Shown here in pieces: positions 54,549-63,861 of a stretch of 64,000 bases of DNA. The translations under genes were made by a program, and so were the position numbers. Where the stretch lies: NCBI GenBank assembly GCA_965246885.1, contig OZ251992.1, positions 2,240,001 to 2,304,000 of the forward strand, read 5' to 3'. The stretch's first letter is position 1. The number at the start of each line of letters is the position of its first letter. A model generated the notes under the pieces. That model was not told the DNA's origin. It did not search any database and saw nothing but the letters and a program-made list of their open reading frames with translations. Origin of the DNA: Abditibacterium sp. GTDB lineage: Bacteria > Armatimonadota > Abditibacteriia > Abditibacteriales > Abditibacteriaceae.

Positions 54549-56584
54549 AACCCAAAGAACCCTCTCTGCTGTTCGTGACTTCGGTGGTGGTGGCGCTGTT
54601 GACGCTGTTCCTTTCGACGGGCGCTATCTTGGTGGCGGCACTCATCCCGCTTTATCTGGCGCCTCTCGCTGTTTCGGCACGCTTGCCGCGCGATTCCGGC
54701 CTCATCTGGGGCATCCGCTTGTTCCTGTATGCGGGGTGTGCGTTGGTAGGAAGGGCATCGTTGCAGTCGTACTTCTACTTCGGCGCCCAAGCGTTCGTGA
54801 CGATGGGGCTGATTCTGGGCGGCGAACTGATCATTCAGTCGTTCCGCGAGCCGCCCAAGGGGTTCAAGTTCGACCCGCTTCTGCTGTTCGTATCCAGCGT
54901 GTTGTTCATGGTGGGCGCGGGGCTGCCGACGGTGGGGACTCCGGCGCACCTGTGGATTTGCGCGCCGCTTTGGATATTCCTGACGCTGCTCGCCGCAAGC
55001 GACGTGCGCGAGGGGCGAGTGCAGTTCAACATCTTGGCGCGCGTGAAGCAGTTCGGCTTGATTCTCATCGCCGTGACCGGCGGCTTTCTGGCGCACTCGG
55101 CACTGGGCAACAATCGGGGCGCGCTGTCCGCCCTTAGCGCGAAGTTGCTGTCAACGTCCAATGTGCACGTTTCGGAAACCGGCGTCGCCGACGCGCCGCA
55201 ACTCGGCTCCTCATTCAATACCAATGCTTCGACCGCGCGCCTCTTGCGCATCGAGGGGTCATTGGGCGACTCACATTTGCGCGCGGGCGCGTTCGACCAA
55301 TACAAGAACGGCACGTGGGGGCCGCCGCTTTCGAGCCGCTCCATCACTGCCGCTCTGCCCGTCGAAACGCGCGAACAAAAAGGCGCGCTCATGACACTCG
55401 CCCAGCGCCGCGCCAGCCCGAAGTTTGCTACCGACCAGCGCACCGACTGGAACGCCAAAATCACCCTGCTGCGCGACAGCAACAAGACCGTCTTCGCGCC
55501 TCTCAACGCGTCGGCCCTTTTGCCCATTCCGGCCCAAGGCTCGAACTCCTTCGACTGGAACCGCTTCGAGGGGCCGCTTCAATGCTCCGATCCGACGCCG
55601 CTTTCTTACGGCGTTGTGGAATCGCACAGCGACATCCAAGGCGTCCAAACCGAGCAAGGGCCGCTTTGCGTGTCGCTCGACCCGGCGTCCCTGAACAAGC
55701 ACGCCGCCGACTACGTTAAGCAGGTGAAGCTCCTTTCCGAAGCGCGCGACCGGTTGCTTGAAGTGCCCGACGAAGTAGACCCGCAAGTGCAGCAACTCGC
55801 GCAACGCATCACCCAAGGCAAACGCACCGGCATCGAGAAAATCAACGCGGTTTCGGAGTATCTGCTCCGCAATTACAAATACTCCCTCGACTTTGTGCGC
55901 GGCGACCAAGACCCGGTGTCGGACTTCCTGCTCCATAAAAAGCCCGCGCACTGCCAGTATTTCGCGTCGGCCTCGACGATGCTTTTGCGCTCTGTGGGCG
56001 TGCCGTCGCGCTATGTGACGGGCTTTTGGGCGCACGAAGTGGGGGACGACGGCTCGACAGTTGTGCGGGGCCGTGACGCGCACGCTTGGTGCGAGTCGTG
56101 GGTGAAGGGCGTCGGTTGGGTAACGGTCGAAACCACCCCGCCATCGGGCCGCGCCGACCCGAAAGCGAACCCGCTCACGTGGTATCAGAAGCTGCAAGAG
56201 CGCGCGGAAGATACGTGGGCCAAGGTGCGCAACTGGTTCGGGCGCTTGTCGGGGTTGCAAATCGGCGCGATGATGCTCGGCATCTTGGCGCTGTGGGGGT
56301 TGGAACGCTGGCGTCAGGGTCGCAAAAAAGCGCGCGCTCTGCCCACGAAACCCGTTCCGCCCTTGGAACTGCAACCCCTCGCGCGCGGCTTTGAACTGGC
56401 ACTGCACAAGCGCGGCATTACCCTCCTCGACGGCCAAACGTGGAGCGAGGCCGTGCCAACCGAGTGGGGCGAAGGCCGCGATTTCGTCGAGAACTACAAC
56501 CTTGCCCGCTTCTCGCCGCGCGACGAGGAGCAATTGCGCGCCCTCACCGTCAAACTGCGAGCGATTCAGAACCGCAAGAACTAA
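54545..56584 (+). CDS. membrane-anchored transglutaminase-like protein (TgpA-like)
   Basis: Start ATG 54545 overlapping the DUF58 stop; N-terminal TM bundle; HCQYFASA, RYVTGF, DAHAWCE, WVTVETTP. Confidence 0.9.
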   Translation: MKPKEPSLLFVTSVVVALLTLFLSTGAILVAALIPLYLAPLAVSARLPRDSGLIWGIRLFLYAGCALVGRASLQSYFYFGAQAFVTMGLILGGELIIQSFREPPKGFKFDPLLLFVSSVLFMVGAGLPTVGTPAHLWICAPLWIFLTLLAASDVREGRVQFNILARVKQFGLILIAVTGGFLAHSALGNNRGALSALSAKLLSTSNVHVSETGVADAPQLGSSFNTNASTARLLRIEGSLGDSHLRAGAFDQYKNGTWGPPLSSRSITAALPVETREQKGALMTLAQRRASPKFATDQRTDWNAKITLLRDSNKTVFAPLNASALLPIPAQGSNSFDWNRFEGPLQCSDPTPLSYGVVESHSDIQGVQTEQGPLCVSLDPASLNKHAADYVKQVKLLSEARDRLLEVPDEVDPQVQQLAQRITQGKRTGIEKINAVSEYLLRNYKYSLDFVRGDQDPVSDFLLHKKPAHCQYFASASTMLLRSVGVPSRYVTGFWAHEVGDDGSTVVRGRDAHAWCESWVKGVGWVTVETTPPSGRADPKANPLTWYQKLQERAEDTWAKVRNWFGRLSGLQIGAMMLGILALWGLERWRQGRKKARALPTKPVPPLELQPLARGFELALHKRGITLLDGQTWSEAVPTEWGEGRDFVENYNLARFSPRDEEQLRALTVKLRAIQNRKN

Positions 56585-56609
56585 CCTATCTGCAAGCGAA
56601 ACCACCGCC

Positions 56610-57584
56610 ATGAACCCAACACTCAACGGCCACGCGCCGTCCGCCACTTCCCAAAGCGCCCTTGACTCGCTGCGCCGCATCGAGACGAACTTGCAAGGCG
56701 TCATCAAGGGCAAAGACGCCGAGGTGGAACTCGTCTTAGTCGCGCTCGCGTCGGGGGGCCACGTCTTGTTGGAGGATGCTCCCGGAACGGGAAAGACCAC
56801 GCTCGCCAAAGCGCTGGCGGGTTCGGTGGGCGGCGAGTTTCGTCGCGTGCAGTTCACGCCCGATCTGTTGCCCGCCGATATTACCGGCAGTTCCTTTTAT
56901 AATCCCGCCGATGGCACTTTTGAGTTCCGCCCCGGCCCGGTTTTCGCCAACGTGTTGCTCGCCGACGAAATCAACCGCACCAGTCCGCGCACGCAGTCGG
57001 CGCTACTCGAAGTGATGAGCGAAAACCAAGTCTCTGCCGATGGGCGGCGCCACGCCCTACCCGCGCCGTTTTTCGTTGTCGCCACGCAGAATCCCTCAGA
57101 TTACGCAGGGACTTATCCGCTTCCCGAAGCGCAGTTAGACCGCTTCATGGTGCGCGTTTCGCTCGGCTACCCCGACGAAAAGTCGGAACTGGCCATCCTC
57201 GTTTCGCAGAACAATCACCACCCGCTCGACGACTTGCGCGCCGTCGTTTCGACGCACGACGTGCTCGCCATCCAAAGCGCGGTCAAGGAAGTTCACGTTG
57301 ACCAATCGGTCGGCGAATATATCGTGCGCCTCACGCACCAGACCCGCTCCGATGGGCGCCTGCGCGTCGGGCTGTCGCCGCGCGGGTCGCTCGCCTTGTA
57401 TCGCACATCCCAAGCGCGCGCGTGGATGGCGGGGCGCGCGTTCGTGTTACCCGAAGACGTGCGCGCCTTGGCCGTTCCGGTCTTAGCGCACCGCCTGATT
57501 CTCGACACCAAGGCCCGCTACGGCGGCGCCCACTCCAGCGACGTCGTGCAAGAGCTACTGGAATCGGTCGCCGTCCCCCGCTAA
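56610..57584 (+). CDS. MoxR family AAA+ ATPase
   Basis: HVLLEDAPGTGKT, RVQFTPDLLPADITG, LADEINR, ATQNP, GTYPLPEAQLDRF, SPRG. Confidence 0.96.
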   Translation: MNPTLNGHAPSATSQSALDSLRRIETNLQGVIKGKDAEVELVLVALASGGHVLLEDAPGTGKTTLAKALAGSVGGEFRRVQFTPDLLPADITGSSFYNPADGTFEFRPGPVFANVLLADEINRTSPRTQSALLEVMSENQVSADGRRHALPAPFFVVATQNPSDYAGTYPLPEAQLDRFMVRVSLGYPDEKSELAILVSQNNHHPLDDLRAVVSTHDVLAIQSAVKEVHVDQSVGEYIVRLTHQTRSDGRLRVGLSPRGSLALYRTSQARAWMAGRAFVLPEDVRALAVPVLAHRLILDTKARYGGAHSSDVVQELLESVAVPR

Positions 57585-57587
57585 ACC

Positions 57588-58376
57588 ATGAACGACTTGG
57601 GACGCACCATCTATGGCGTGGATTTTTCCGGGGCGCGCTTGGCGGGCGAGAAGATTTGGCTCGCGCGGGCGCACACAGAGGAAGGCGGGTTAATGATTGA
57701 GCAACTTGGGCGCGCCGCCGAGCTACCGGGAGCAAGTAGCGAGCGAGATGAAGCGTTGCGCGCCCTCGTTCAAACGCTGGCGGACGCTCCGCACGCCGTT
57801 GCGGGCTTAGATTTTCCGTTCGCGCTTGCAAAGCAGTCGTTGGGCGACATAAATTACCCGCAGTTTCTGGCCGCGAGCGCCGATTTTTCCGACGCCGATG
57901 CTTTCAAAGAGGCATTTTCCGACGCGCGGCGGCAAACGGACATCGAAAGCAGGACGCCGTTCTCGCCGCTTAACTATCGTTTGTATCGCCAAACCTTTCA
58001 TGGCATCCGCGATGTGCTACGCCCGTTGGTCGAAGGCGGCGCGCGCGTCTTGCCGATGATGAGCGCCGACGCGGATAAGCTGTGGCTCGTGGAAATCTGC
58101 CCCGCTTCGACGCTAAAAAAGGAAAAGCTGTATCTCAGCTACAAGGGGAAAAGCGACAGTCAGCGCACTAACCGCGAGATTATCCTCTCCGAAATCAAGG
58201 CCCGCTTCGGCGTCCGAACAAGCGCGGAGATGGACGAGCAAATGGTGGCCGATACCGAAGGCGACGCCCTCGACGCCGTGTTAGCGGCGCTGGGCACCTT
58301 GCGCGCATTGCAAAACCAGCAGTCGCTTTCCCCGCGCAACGCCCTCGAAGAAATAGAGGGACGGGTTTACTACTAA
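57588..58376 (+). CDS. DUF429-like predicted nuclease (RNase H fold)
   Basis: YGVDFSGA, GLDFPF, RRQTD, VEICPAS, GDALDAV acidic motifs. Confidence 0.75.
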   Translation: MNDLGRTIYGVDFSGARLAGEKIWLARAHTEEGGLMIEQLGRAAELPGASSERDEALRALVQTLADAPHAVAGLDFPFALAKQSLGDINYPQFLAASADFSDADAFKEAFSDARRQTDIESRTPFSPLNYRLYRQTFHGIRDVLRPLVEGGARVLPMMSADADKLWLVEICPASTLKKEKLYLSYKGKSDSQRTNREIILSEIKARFGVRTSAEMDEQMVADTEGDALDAVLAALGTLRALQNQQSLSPRNALEEIEGRVYY

Positions 58377-58397
58377 GGGCAGTCGGGAAGCAGCATT

Positions 58398-59366
58398 ATG
58401 TCTCAAGTTTTAATCATTGGCGCCGGGTTGTCCGGCCTGAGCGCGGCGCGGGGACTCCTCCAACGCGGGCACAACGTCGTCGTTCTCGACAAAGGGCGCG
58501 GCGTTGGCGGACGGATGGCGACGCGGCGTTTTGCGGGCGGGGTGTTCGATCACGGCGCGCAGTTTTTTACCGTGCGCTCCGACGAAATGCGCGCGGCGCT
58601 CGACGAATGGCAAACCCAAAACGTCGCAGCGCACTACTTCGACGGCTTCCCCACGCCCGACGGTCGCAAGCCGAACGACCACTACCCCCGCTTTCGCGGC
58701 GCGAGCGGCATGACGAGCATCGGCAAATACTTGGCGCAGGGCGTGGACGTGCGCTTGGACACGGAAATTGCGGCGCTTAATCTGTCCGATGGCATCTGGA
58801 CGGCGAAAACCGCGTCGGGCGAAGCATTCACTGGCGACCGTTTGCTACTCACGGCGCCCGCGCCCCAAGCGCTCGCGCTTTTCGATTCAAGCGGCACCTC
58901 GTTGCCCGTCGGCGTTCGCCAAACCCTCGCCGCGCTTTCTTACGAGCCGTGTTTCGCGCTGTTAGTGCAACTCGAAGCGCCCAGCGCGCTTCCCGCGCCG
59001 GGCTTGTTCTTCATTGAGGGCGAGACGATTTATTGGATTGCCGACAACAGCCAGAAAGGAATTTCGCCCGTCGCGGGTTCCGTGACCATCCATTCGGGTG
59101 CCGCTTTTGCCAAGGAGCACTACAACGACCCGGAAGAGACCGTCGCTGCCTTAATGCTCGACGCCGCTAAGGAGTATCTGGGAAGCGCGCCGAAAGAATG
59201 GCAATTGCGGCGCTGGCGTTATTCCAAGCCGGACAACCCCGCTTCGCTCGGCGCGCTCCATGTTCCCGAACTGGGCTTGTGCTTCGCCGGGGATGCCCTC
59301 AACGGCGCCAAGGTCGAGGGCGCTTACTTGTCGGGTCTGCAAGCGGCGCAGTCGTTATCGGAATAG
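58398..59366 (+). CDS. renalase-like NAD/FAD-dependent oxidoreductase
   Basis: IIGAGLSGL, DKGRGVGGRMATRR, DHGAQFFT, RWRYS, GDAL..KVEGAYLSG. Confidence 0.92.
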   Translation: MSQVLIIGAGLSGLSAARGLLQRGHNVVVLDKGRGVGGRMATRRFAGGVFDHGAQFFTVRSDEMRAALDEWQTQNVAAHYFDGFPTPDGRKPNDHYPRFRGASGMTSIGKYLAQGVDVRLDTEIAALNLSDGIWTAKTASGEAFTGDRLLLTAPAPQALALFDSSGTSLPVGVRQTLAALSYEPCFALLVQLEAPSALPAPGLFFIEGETIYWIADNSQKGISPVAGSVTIHSGAAFAKEHYNDPEETVAALMLDAAKEYLGSAPKEWQLRRWRYSKPDNPASLGALHVPELGLCFAGDALNGAKVEGAYLSGLQAAQSLSE

Positions 59367-59375
59367 AACTGGCAT

Positions 59376-60200
59376 CTAAAATTCGTTGAGCACGTCCTCG
59401 GTCACTTCATCCGTCCACACTTTGAAGCCGACTAAGGGCGCGGAGCCATACGAAGTGGTGAGGGCGCAATCGGTGGCATCGCGGCCCCGCGCCATCACGA
59501 TGCGACCGACACGGCGCTTGTTGTGACGGGCGTCGAAGGTGTGCCACGCGCCGCCCAGATAGACCTCGAACCAACCGGAAAAGTCCATCGGCGTGTCGGA
59601 AGGCGGCGAGCCGATGTCGCCCAAATACCCGGTCGCGTAGCGCGCGGGAATGTTCATGCAACGGCACAGCGTCAGAGCGGTGTGGGCATAGTCGCGGCAC
59701 ACGCCCAACCGCTCGATGACGACGTCTGAGGCGGACTTGGTGGGGCGCGCGTACGCGTAGCCGAAGGTGACTTTCTGGTGAACCCAGTCGCAAATGGCTT
59801 GGACGCGCGCCCAGCCAAGGGGCGTGTGGCCGAACAAATCCCACGCGAGGGGAACTAATTTGTCCACTTCGCAATAGCGCGAATTGAGCAGGAACTGCAA
59901 GCACTCGTCGGGGAGTTCTTCGACGGGATGCTGCTCGGCATCAAGAACAACGGGGTCGGGTTGGTCGGTCATCTCGACGACGCCATCGGCCCACAAGCGG
60001 ATTTTCCCGACGGGCGCGTGAAGGCGGGTGCAGAGATTGCCGAAGGAGTCGGTGAATTGATGGAGCGGGACGTCGGGTTCGACGCCCGATTTGTAAGCGC
60101 GCAAGTCGGCGACGCGGTCGGGCGCGAGGTCGAGCAGAAGCGACATAGCGACGGGGGCTTTGAGATCGAAAATCAGTTCGTGGCCGATGCGAATGAACAT
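59376..60200 (-). CDS. soluble transglutaminase family protein
   Basis: DSFGN, SRYCE, GVCRDYAH, IPARYATGY, DFSGWFEVY, FDAR, GRDATD. Confidence 0.92.
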   Translation of the reverse strand: MFIRIGHELIFDLKAPVAMSLLLDLAPDRVADLRAYKSGVEPDVPLHQFTDSFGNLCTRLHAPVGKIRLWADGVVEMTDQPDPVVLDAEQHPVEELPDECLQFLLNSRYCEVDKLVPLAWDLFGHTPLGWARVQAICDWVHQKVTFGYAYARPTKSASDVVIERLGVCRDYAHTALTLCRCMNIPARYATGYLGDIGSPPSDTPMDFSGWFEVYLGGAWHTFDARHNKRRVGRIVMARGRDATDCALTTSYGSAPLVGFKVWTDEVTEDVLNEF

Positions 60201-60338
60201 AGAGTAGGCGGGCTTCAGATGGCGGATGGCTTCAACAAGCCATTTCTTCCCAAGAACCGCGTTGGCGGCGAGTATACTTTGAGGCTGTTAAGCCTCTGTT
60301 TCGGCCATGTTGCAACGGGCGGCAAAGCGAAATTTTCT

Positions 60339-61085
60339 ATGTCTTATTGTTTAGGAATCAAAACCGCCGAGGGGCTGGTGTTAGCGTCGGACTCGCGCAC
60401 GAGTGCGGGCGATCAAGTGTCGGTGTGCCAGAAGATGCACCTGTTCGTCGTGCCCGGCGAGCGGGTCTTCGCGCTGGTGACTTCGGGCAGTCTGTCGCTG
60501 TCGCAGTCGGTTGTCACCCTCTTGCGCACCGACTTCGACGCGGGACAGGGCTTGGCGGCGGCGCCCACATTGTATGACGCCGCGCGCGTTGTCGGCAATA
60601 CGGTGCGCCGCGTCGGAGAAATAGACCGCGAGTTCTTGGAAAAGGACAAGTTCTCCTTTAACGTTCACTTTATCATGGGCGGACAAATCAAGGGCGACGA
60701 GCATGACCTGTATCTCATCTACCCTCAGGGCAATCCCTTACGCGCTTCGACGGACGCGCCCTTTCTACAGATTGGCGAAACAAAGTATGGCCGCCCCATC
60801 TTAGACAGGGGAATCAAATACGATTCTACACCGCTTGAAGTGGCTTCTAAATACGCGCTTATCTCGATTGATTCGACGATGCGTTCCAATATGACGGTCG
60901 GGCCGCCGGTGGATATGCTGCTTTATAAAGCGGACTCTCTTCAAGTCACGCATCATCGCCGCTTATTGGCCTCGGACTCGGACTTGAAAGAAATTCATAC
61001 GCGCTGGGAACAATCGCTGCGCCGTGCTGTGGCCGAGCTTCCCGCCGTGCAGTTTGAGGAAGTCGAGAACGATATAGAAGACTAA
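60339..61085 (+). CDS. proteasome-type Ntn protease (Anbu family)
   Basis: Start ATG 60339, MSYCLG..GLVLASDSRTSAG; IYPQGN, QIGETKYGRPILDR, DSTMRSNMTVGPP. Confidence 0.92.
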   Translation: MSYCLGIKTAEGLVLASDSRTSAGDQVSVCQKMHLFVVPGERVFALVTSGSLSLSQSVVTLLRTDFDAGQGLAAAPTLYDAARVVGNTVRRVGEIDREFLEKDKFSFNVHFIMGGQIKGDEHDLYLIYPQGNPLRASTDAPFLQIGETKYGRPILDRGIKYDSTPLEVASKYALISIDSTMRSNMTVGPPVDMLLYKADSLQVTHHRRLLASDSDLKEIHTRWEQSLRRAVAELPAVQFEEVENDIED

Positions 61086-61100
61086 TACGGAAGATGCATT

Positions 61101-62174
61101 ATGGAACGTTCTAACACCCCCCGGTTCGCCGCCCTTTTCTTGGACTTCGAGAATATCTACTACTACCTGCGTGAAGAGTTCGTTGACCCGCCCAACCTCA
61201 ACGACGCCATTCTGGAACTACTGCGCAACCTGCGGCACCACCTCCAAGACGAGTTCGGCCTCGACTCCATCATCTCCAACGCCTACGCCGACTTCGAGCG
61301 CGTCGGCTCGACCCCCCAAGGCGCGCTCTTTTTGATGGGTGTGGACACCAAGAACGTGTTGGGCACCGACCACAAAAACGCGGCGGACATGCGGCTGTGC
61401 ATTGACGCCCTCGAAGTGCTCTATACCCGTCCCGAAATCGAGTCGTTCGTCCTCGTGACCGGAGACCGCGACTACATCCCGCTCATCCAGCACCTGCGCC
61501 GCAAGGCGCGGCACGTCTTGGGCGCCGGGTTTCGCCTCAAAGCGTCGGGCGATTTGCTCCTGAACCTCGGAGAAGGCCGCTTTATCGACCTGACGCCGTT
61601 CCTGTCCCCCGCCACGCGCGAAGCGATGGTGGCGCACCGCGAAGGACAGTTGCAGCGCCAAGCCGATGCCAAAGAGAGGATGGAAAAGCAGGCACTCGAA
61701 ATCGAAGAGCGCGCCCGCACCGCCCGCGATGCGCAGGCCGAGCCGCTTGGAGCAATCGTTGTCCAAGCCCCGCCCATACCTATCGCCGAAAACGGGCACG
61801 ACGGCAACGGTCACAAACACGCCGAGCGGTTCGCGCCCAAAAAGCCCGACCCGCTTCCCGAATGGCGCTTCGACACGCCGCGCTCCATCCTCAACGACGA
61901 CGCACGCGAGTGCCTCCGGCTGATGCTCATCAAACTCAGCGGCTTGCAGCGCAACGGCTACACGAGCGAATTGTGGCTTGGCCCCTTCAAGCGCCAACTC
62001 ACCGACGCCATGCCCCAACTGGCCGACTGGGAGCGCCGCGAAGTCATCGAAGAGCTTGTGCGCGCGGGCGCCATCGCCGTCGAAAAGCGCGACGGCGACC
62101 CCTATCCTTATTCGGTCATCGTCGTCAACTACCGCCACCCCGACGTGTGGGAACTCAACCCCGCCAGCGAGTAG
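61101..62174 (+). CDS. NYN (LabA/DUF88, PIN-like) domain protein with C-terminal winged-helix-like domain
   Basis: LFLDFENI, AYADF, KNAADMRLCIDA, LVTGDRDYIPL. Confidence 0.9.
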   Translation: MERSNTPRFAALFLDFENIYYYLREEFVDPPNLNDAILELLRNLRHHLQDEFGLDSIISNAYADFERVGSTPQGALFLMGVDTKNVLGTDHKNAADMRLCIDALEVLYTRPEIESFVLVTGDRDYIPLIQHLRRKARHVLGAGFRLKASGDLLLNLGEGRFIDLTPFLSPATREAMVAHREGQLQRQADAKERMEKQALEIEERARTARDAQAEPLGAIVVQAPPIPIAENGHDGNGHKHAERFAPKKPDPLPEWRFDTPRSILNDDARECLRLMLIKLSGLQRNGYTSELWLGPFKRQLTDAMPQLADWERREVIEELVRAGAIAVEKRDGDPYPYSVIVVNYRHPDVWELNPASE

Positions 62175-62291
62175 TGTGAAAGCGACTGAAGTCGCAGCCA
62201 GCGAGGTCTTCGGCCTTCGCCGACGGGGTTCCAGTTCATGCGTCGGCGAAGGCCGAAGACCTCGCTGGCTGCGACTTCAGTCGCTCACTAC
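62171..62291. repeat. REPIN-like long inverted repeat with GTAG ends
   Basis: Perfect 45-bp arms 62181-62225 / 62241-62285, 15-nt loop; outer GTAGTG (62171) / CACTAC (62286-62291); terminal mini-hairpin GCGACTGAAGTCGC. Confidence 0.92.
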
Positions 62292-62294
62292 CCA

Positions 62295-62927
62295 TCATAG
62301 CCCCCTCGCCATCTTCCCCAACTCCACATACGCGTTGGAAAGGGCGTCGCGCCGCAGGAACTGCGGCTTCCCGTCGGGGCGCCCGATGAAAGGCCGCAAG
62401 CTCCAGCCCGTCTGGATGGCCACAAACGCCCACAACGCGAAGCCCCAAGACAAAAGCAGGCGCAGCTTTTTATCCGCGCGCAGTTGCGGAGCGAGCGTCG
62501 CTTTGGCGCGTGAGGCCGCGACCAGCGCCGCGAACATCCACAAGGCCATGCTCGCCCCAAGCGCCCCGCGATACGAGGCGCCCGAAGCGTACAGCAACGG
62601 CAAGACGGGCGCCAGCGCCGCCAATAGTGCCGCGAACGCCACTTGCACACTCAGCAGTTCCCGCGTGACGCCCGCGAACTCATCCGCAATGCCGAGCAGC
62701 AAGCTCAATACGCGCAGAATCGGAAAACAGAGCGCGCCCGCCAACCCCAACAGAAGCGGCACTTTGAGCGCGCCCCACACGATGAACCACGCGGAGCCGC
62801 CGTTCCACAGCGCGTAACTGCCCATCAGCGCCCCTTGAAACGCGCCCGCCGCGACGATGAGCAAGAGCGCCGTTCGCCCTTCACTCGCGGGCGACAGGGA
62901 GCGGCGGAATTGGAGATCGAGGTTCAT
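62295..62927 (-). CDS. hypothetical membrane protein (WxLRPF family)
   Basis: About five TM segments; LKVPLLL..CFP, QTGWSLRPFIG. Confidence 0.8.
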   Translation of the reverse strand: MNLDLQFRRSLSPASEGRTALLLIVAAGAFQGALMGSYALWNGGSAWFIVWGALKVPLLLGLAGALCFPILRVLSLLLGIADEFAGVTRELLSVQVAFAALLAALAPVLPLLYASGASYRGALGASMALWMFAALVAASRAKATLAPQLRADKKLRLLLSWGFALWAFVAIQTGWSLRPFIGRPDGKPQFLRRDALSNAYVELGKMARGL

Positions 62928-62939
62928 GGGCGGCGCCTC

Positions 62940-63746
62940 TTACCCTCCCAACACCCGCCCGATCTGGTGAAACACCGCCGCGTAGAAGTTCGACTCGCGT
63001 GGCGCGAACAGCATGAACTGCTTTCCGGGCGCCGACACGAACGGGCGCAAGACCCACGACATCTGCATCCCGACAAGCGCGAACGCCACCACCCAAAACG
63101 CGAAGACTTGCCTAACGCTCCGACTGGTCGGGCGCTCCAAGCGGTCGAGCGGGCCGGGTTCGCGCCCCGGCAGCGTCTTGATCTGGGTCTGCGCGGCGTC
63201 GAATGTCGCCTCGCGCTCATACAATACGCTCGTCAGTCGGTGGAGCGTGCCCACCAAGAACTTCAGCCCCAGAAATCCCGACAATCCGAACACCGCGACG
63301 TTGAGCAGGAGGATAAACGGGTAGTTGTCCGTCGAAAGCGAGAAGAACGCCACGACGGGGCCAAGCGACGCCAGCACCGTCATCATCACTGCGAGCGTCG
63401 AAACCATCAAGCGCCACAGCGCGCCCAGAGAGAGGCGCGAGCCGACAAGCGCGTTGAACACATATAAGGATGGGAACGAGACAACTAACGTCGCAAAGAA
63501 CAAGACCGGGACTTTGCCCATCGAAGCGAGCGTCTGCGCGAGGGAGTCGTGAAAGGGCTTGTTGGTGAGCGCAAAGCAGCCCATGCACAGCCCGTAAATG
63601 GCGCCCAAGCCGATGAGGAGCGGCGGCAAGCGCGCCGCCTCGATTTCGATGTCGCCGCGCGTGAGCGCGCTCAAGGTTGTCGCCTCGCCGCGCAGAAGGC
63701 GGTCGAGGTCTTTCCAAACACCCGGACGAAGTTGTGGTTGTGTCAT
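62940..63746 (-). CDS. hypothetical membrane protein (WxLRPF family), paralog of the downstream gene
   Basis: GKVPVLF..SFPSLYVFNALVG, QMSWVLRPFVS. Confidence 0.85.
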   Translation of the reverse strand: MTQPQLRPGVWKDLDRLLRGEATTLSALTRGDIEIEAARLPPLLIGLGAIYGLCMGCFALTNKPFHDSLAQTLASMGKVPVLFFATLVVSFPSLYVFNALVGSRLSLGALWRLMVSTLAVMMTVLASLGPVVAFFSLSTDNYPFILLLNVAVFGLSGFLGLKFLVGTLHRLTSVLYEREATFDAAQTQIKTLPGREPGPLDRLERPTSRSVRQVFAFWVVAFALVGMQMSWVLRPFVSAPGKQFMLFAPRESNFYAAVFHQIGRVLGG

Positions 63747-63861
63747 GGTTTATCCACCGCACAATTTCCCCGACTTCGCCCCCACCCTGCCGCGACTCAA
63801 GCCGCGCTCTACACGCACCTGAGTGCGCGCGCCGTTATCCCTTCCGCGCGAAACTTGTCCC

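Noticed and set aside
53996..56857. Upstream extension of the transglutaminase ORF (53996-54544) and the 528-aa antisense ORF
   Set aside because: They overlap the DUF58, transglutaminase and MoxR genes; the real start is the coupled ATG at 54545.
59928..60338. Propeptide-like N-terminal extension on the Anbu protease
   Set aside because: Largely antisense to the transglutaminase gene; family similarity begins at ATG 60339.
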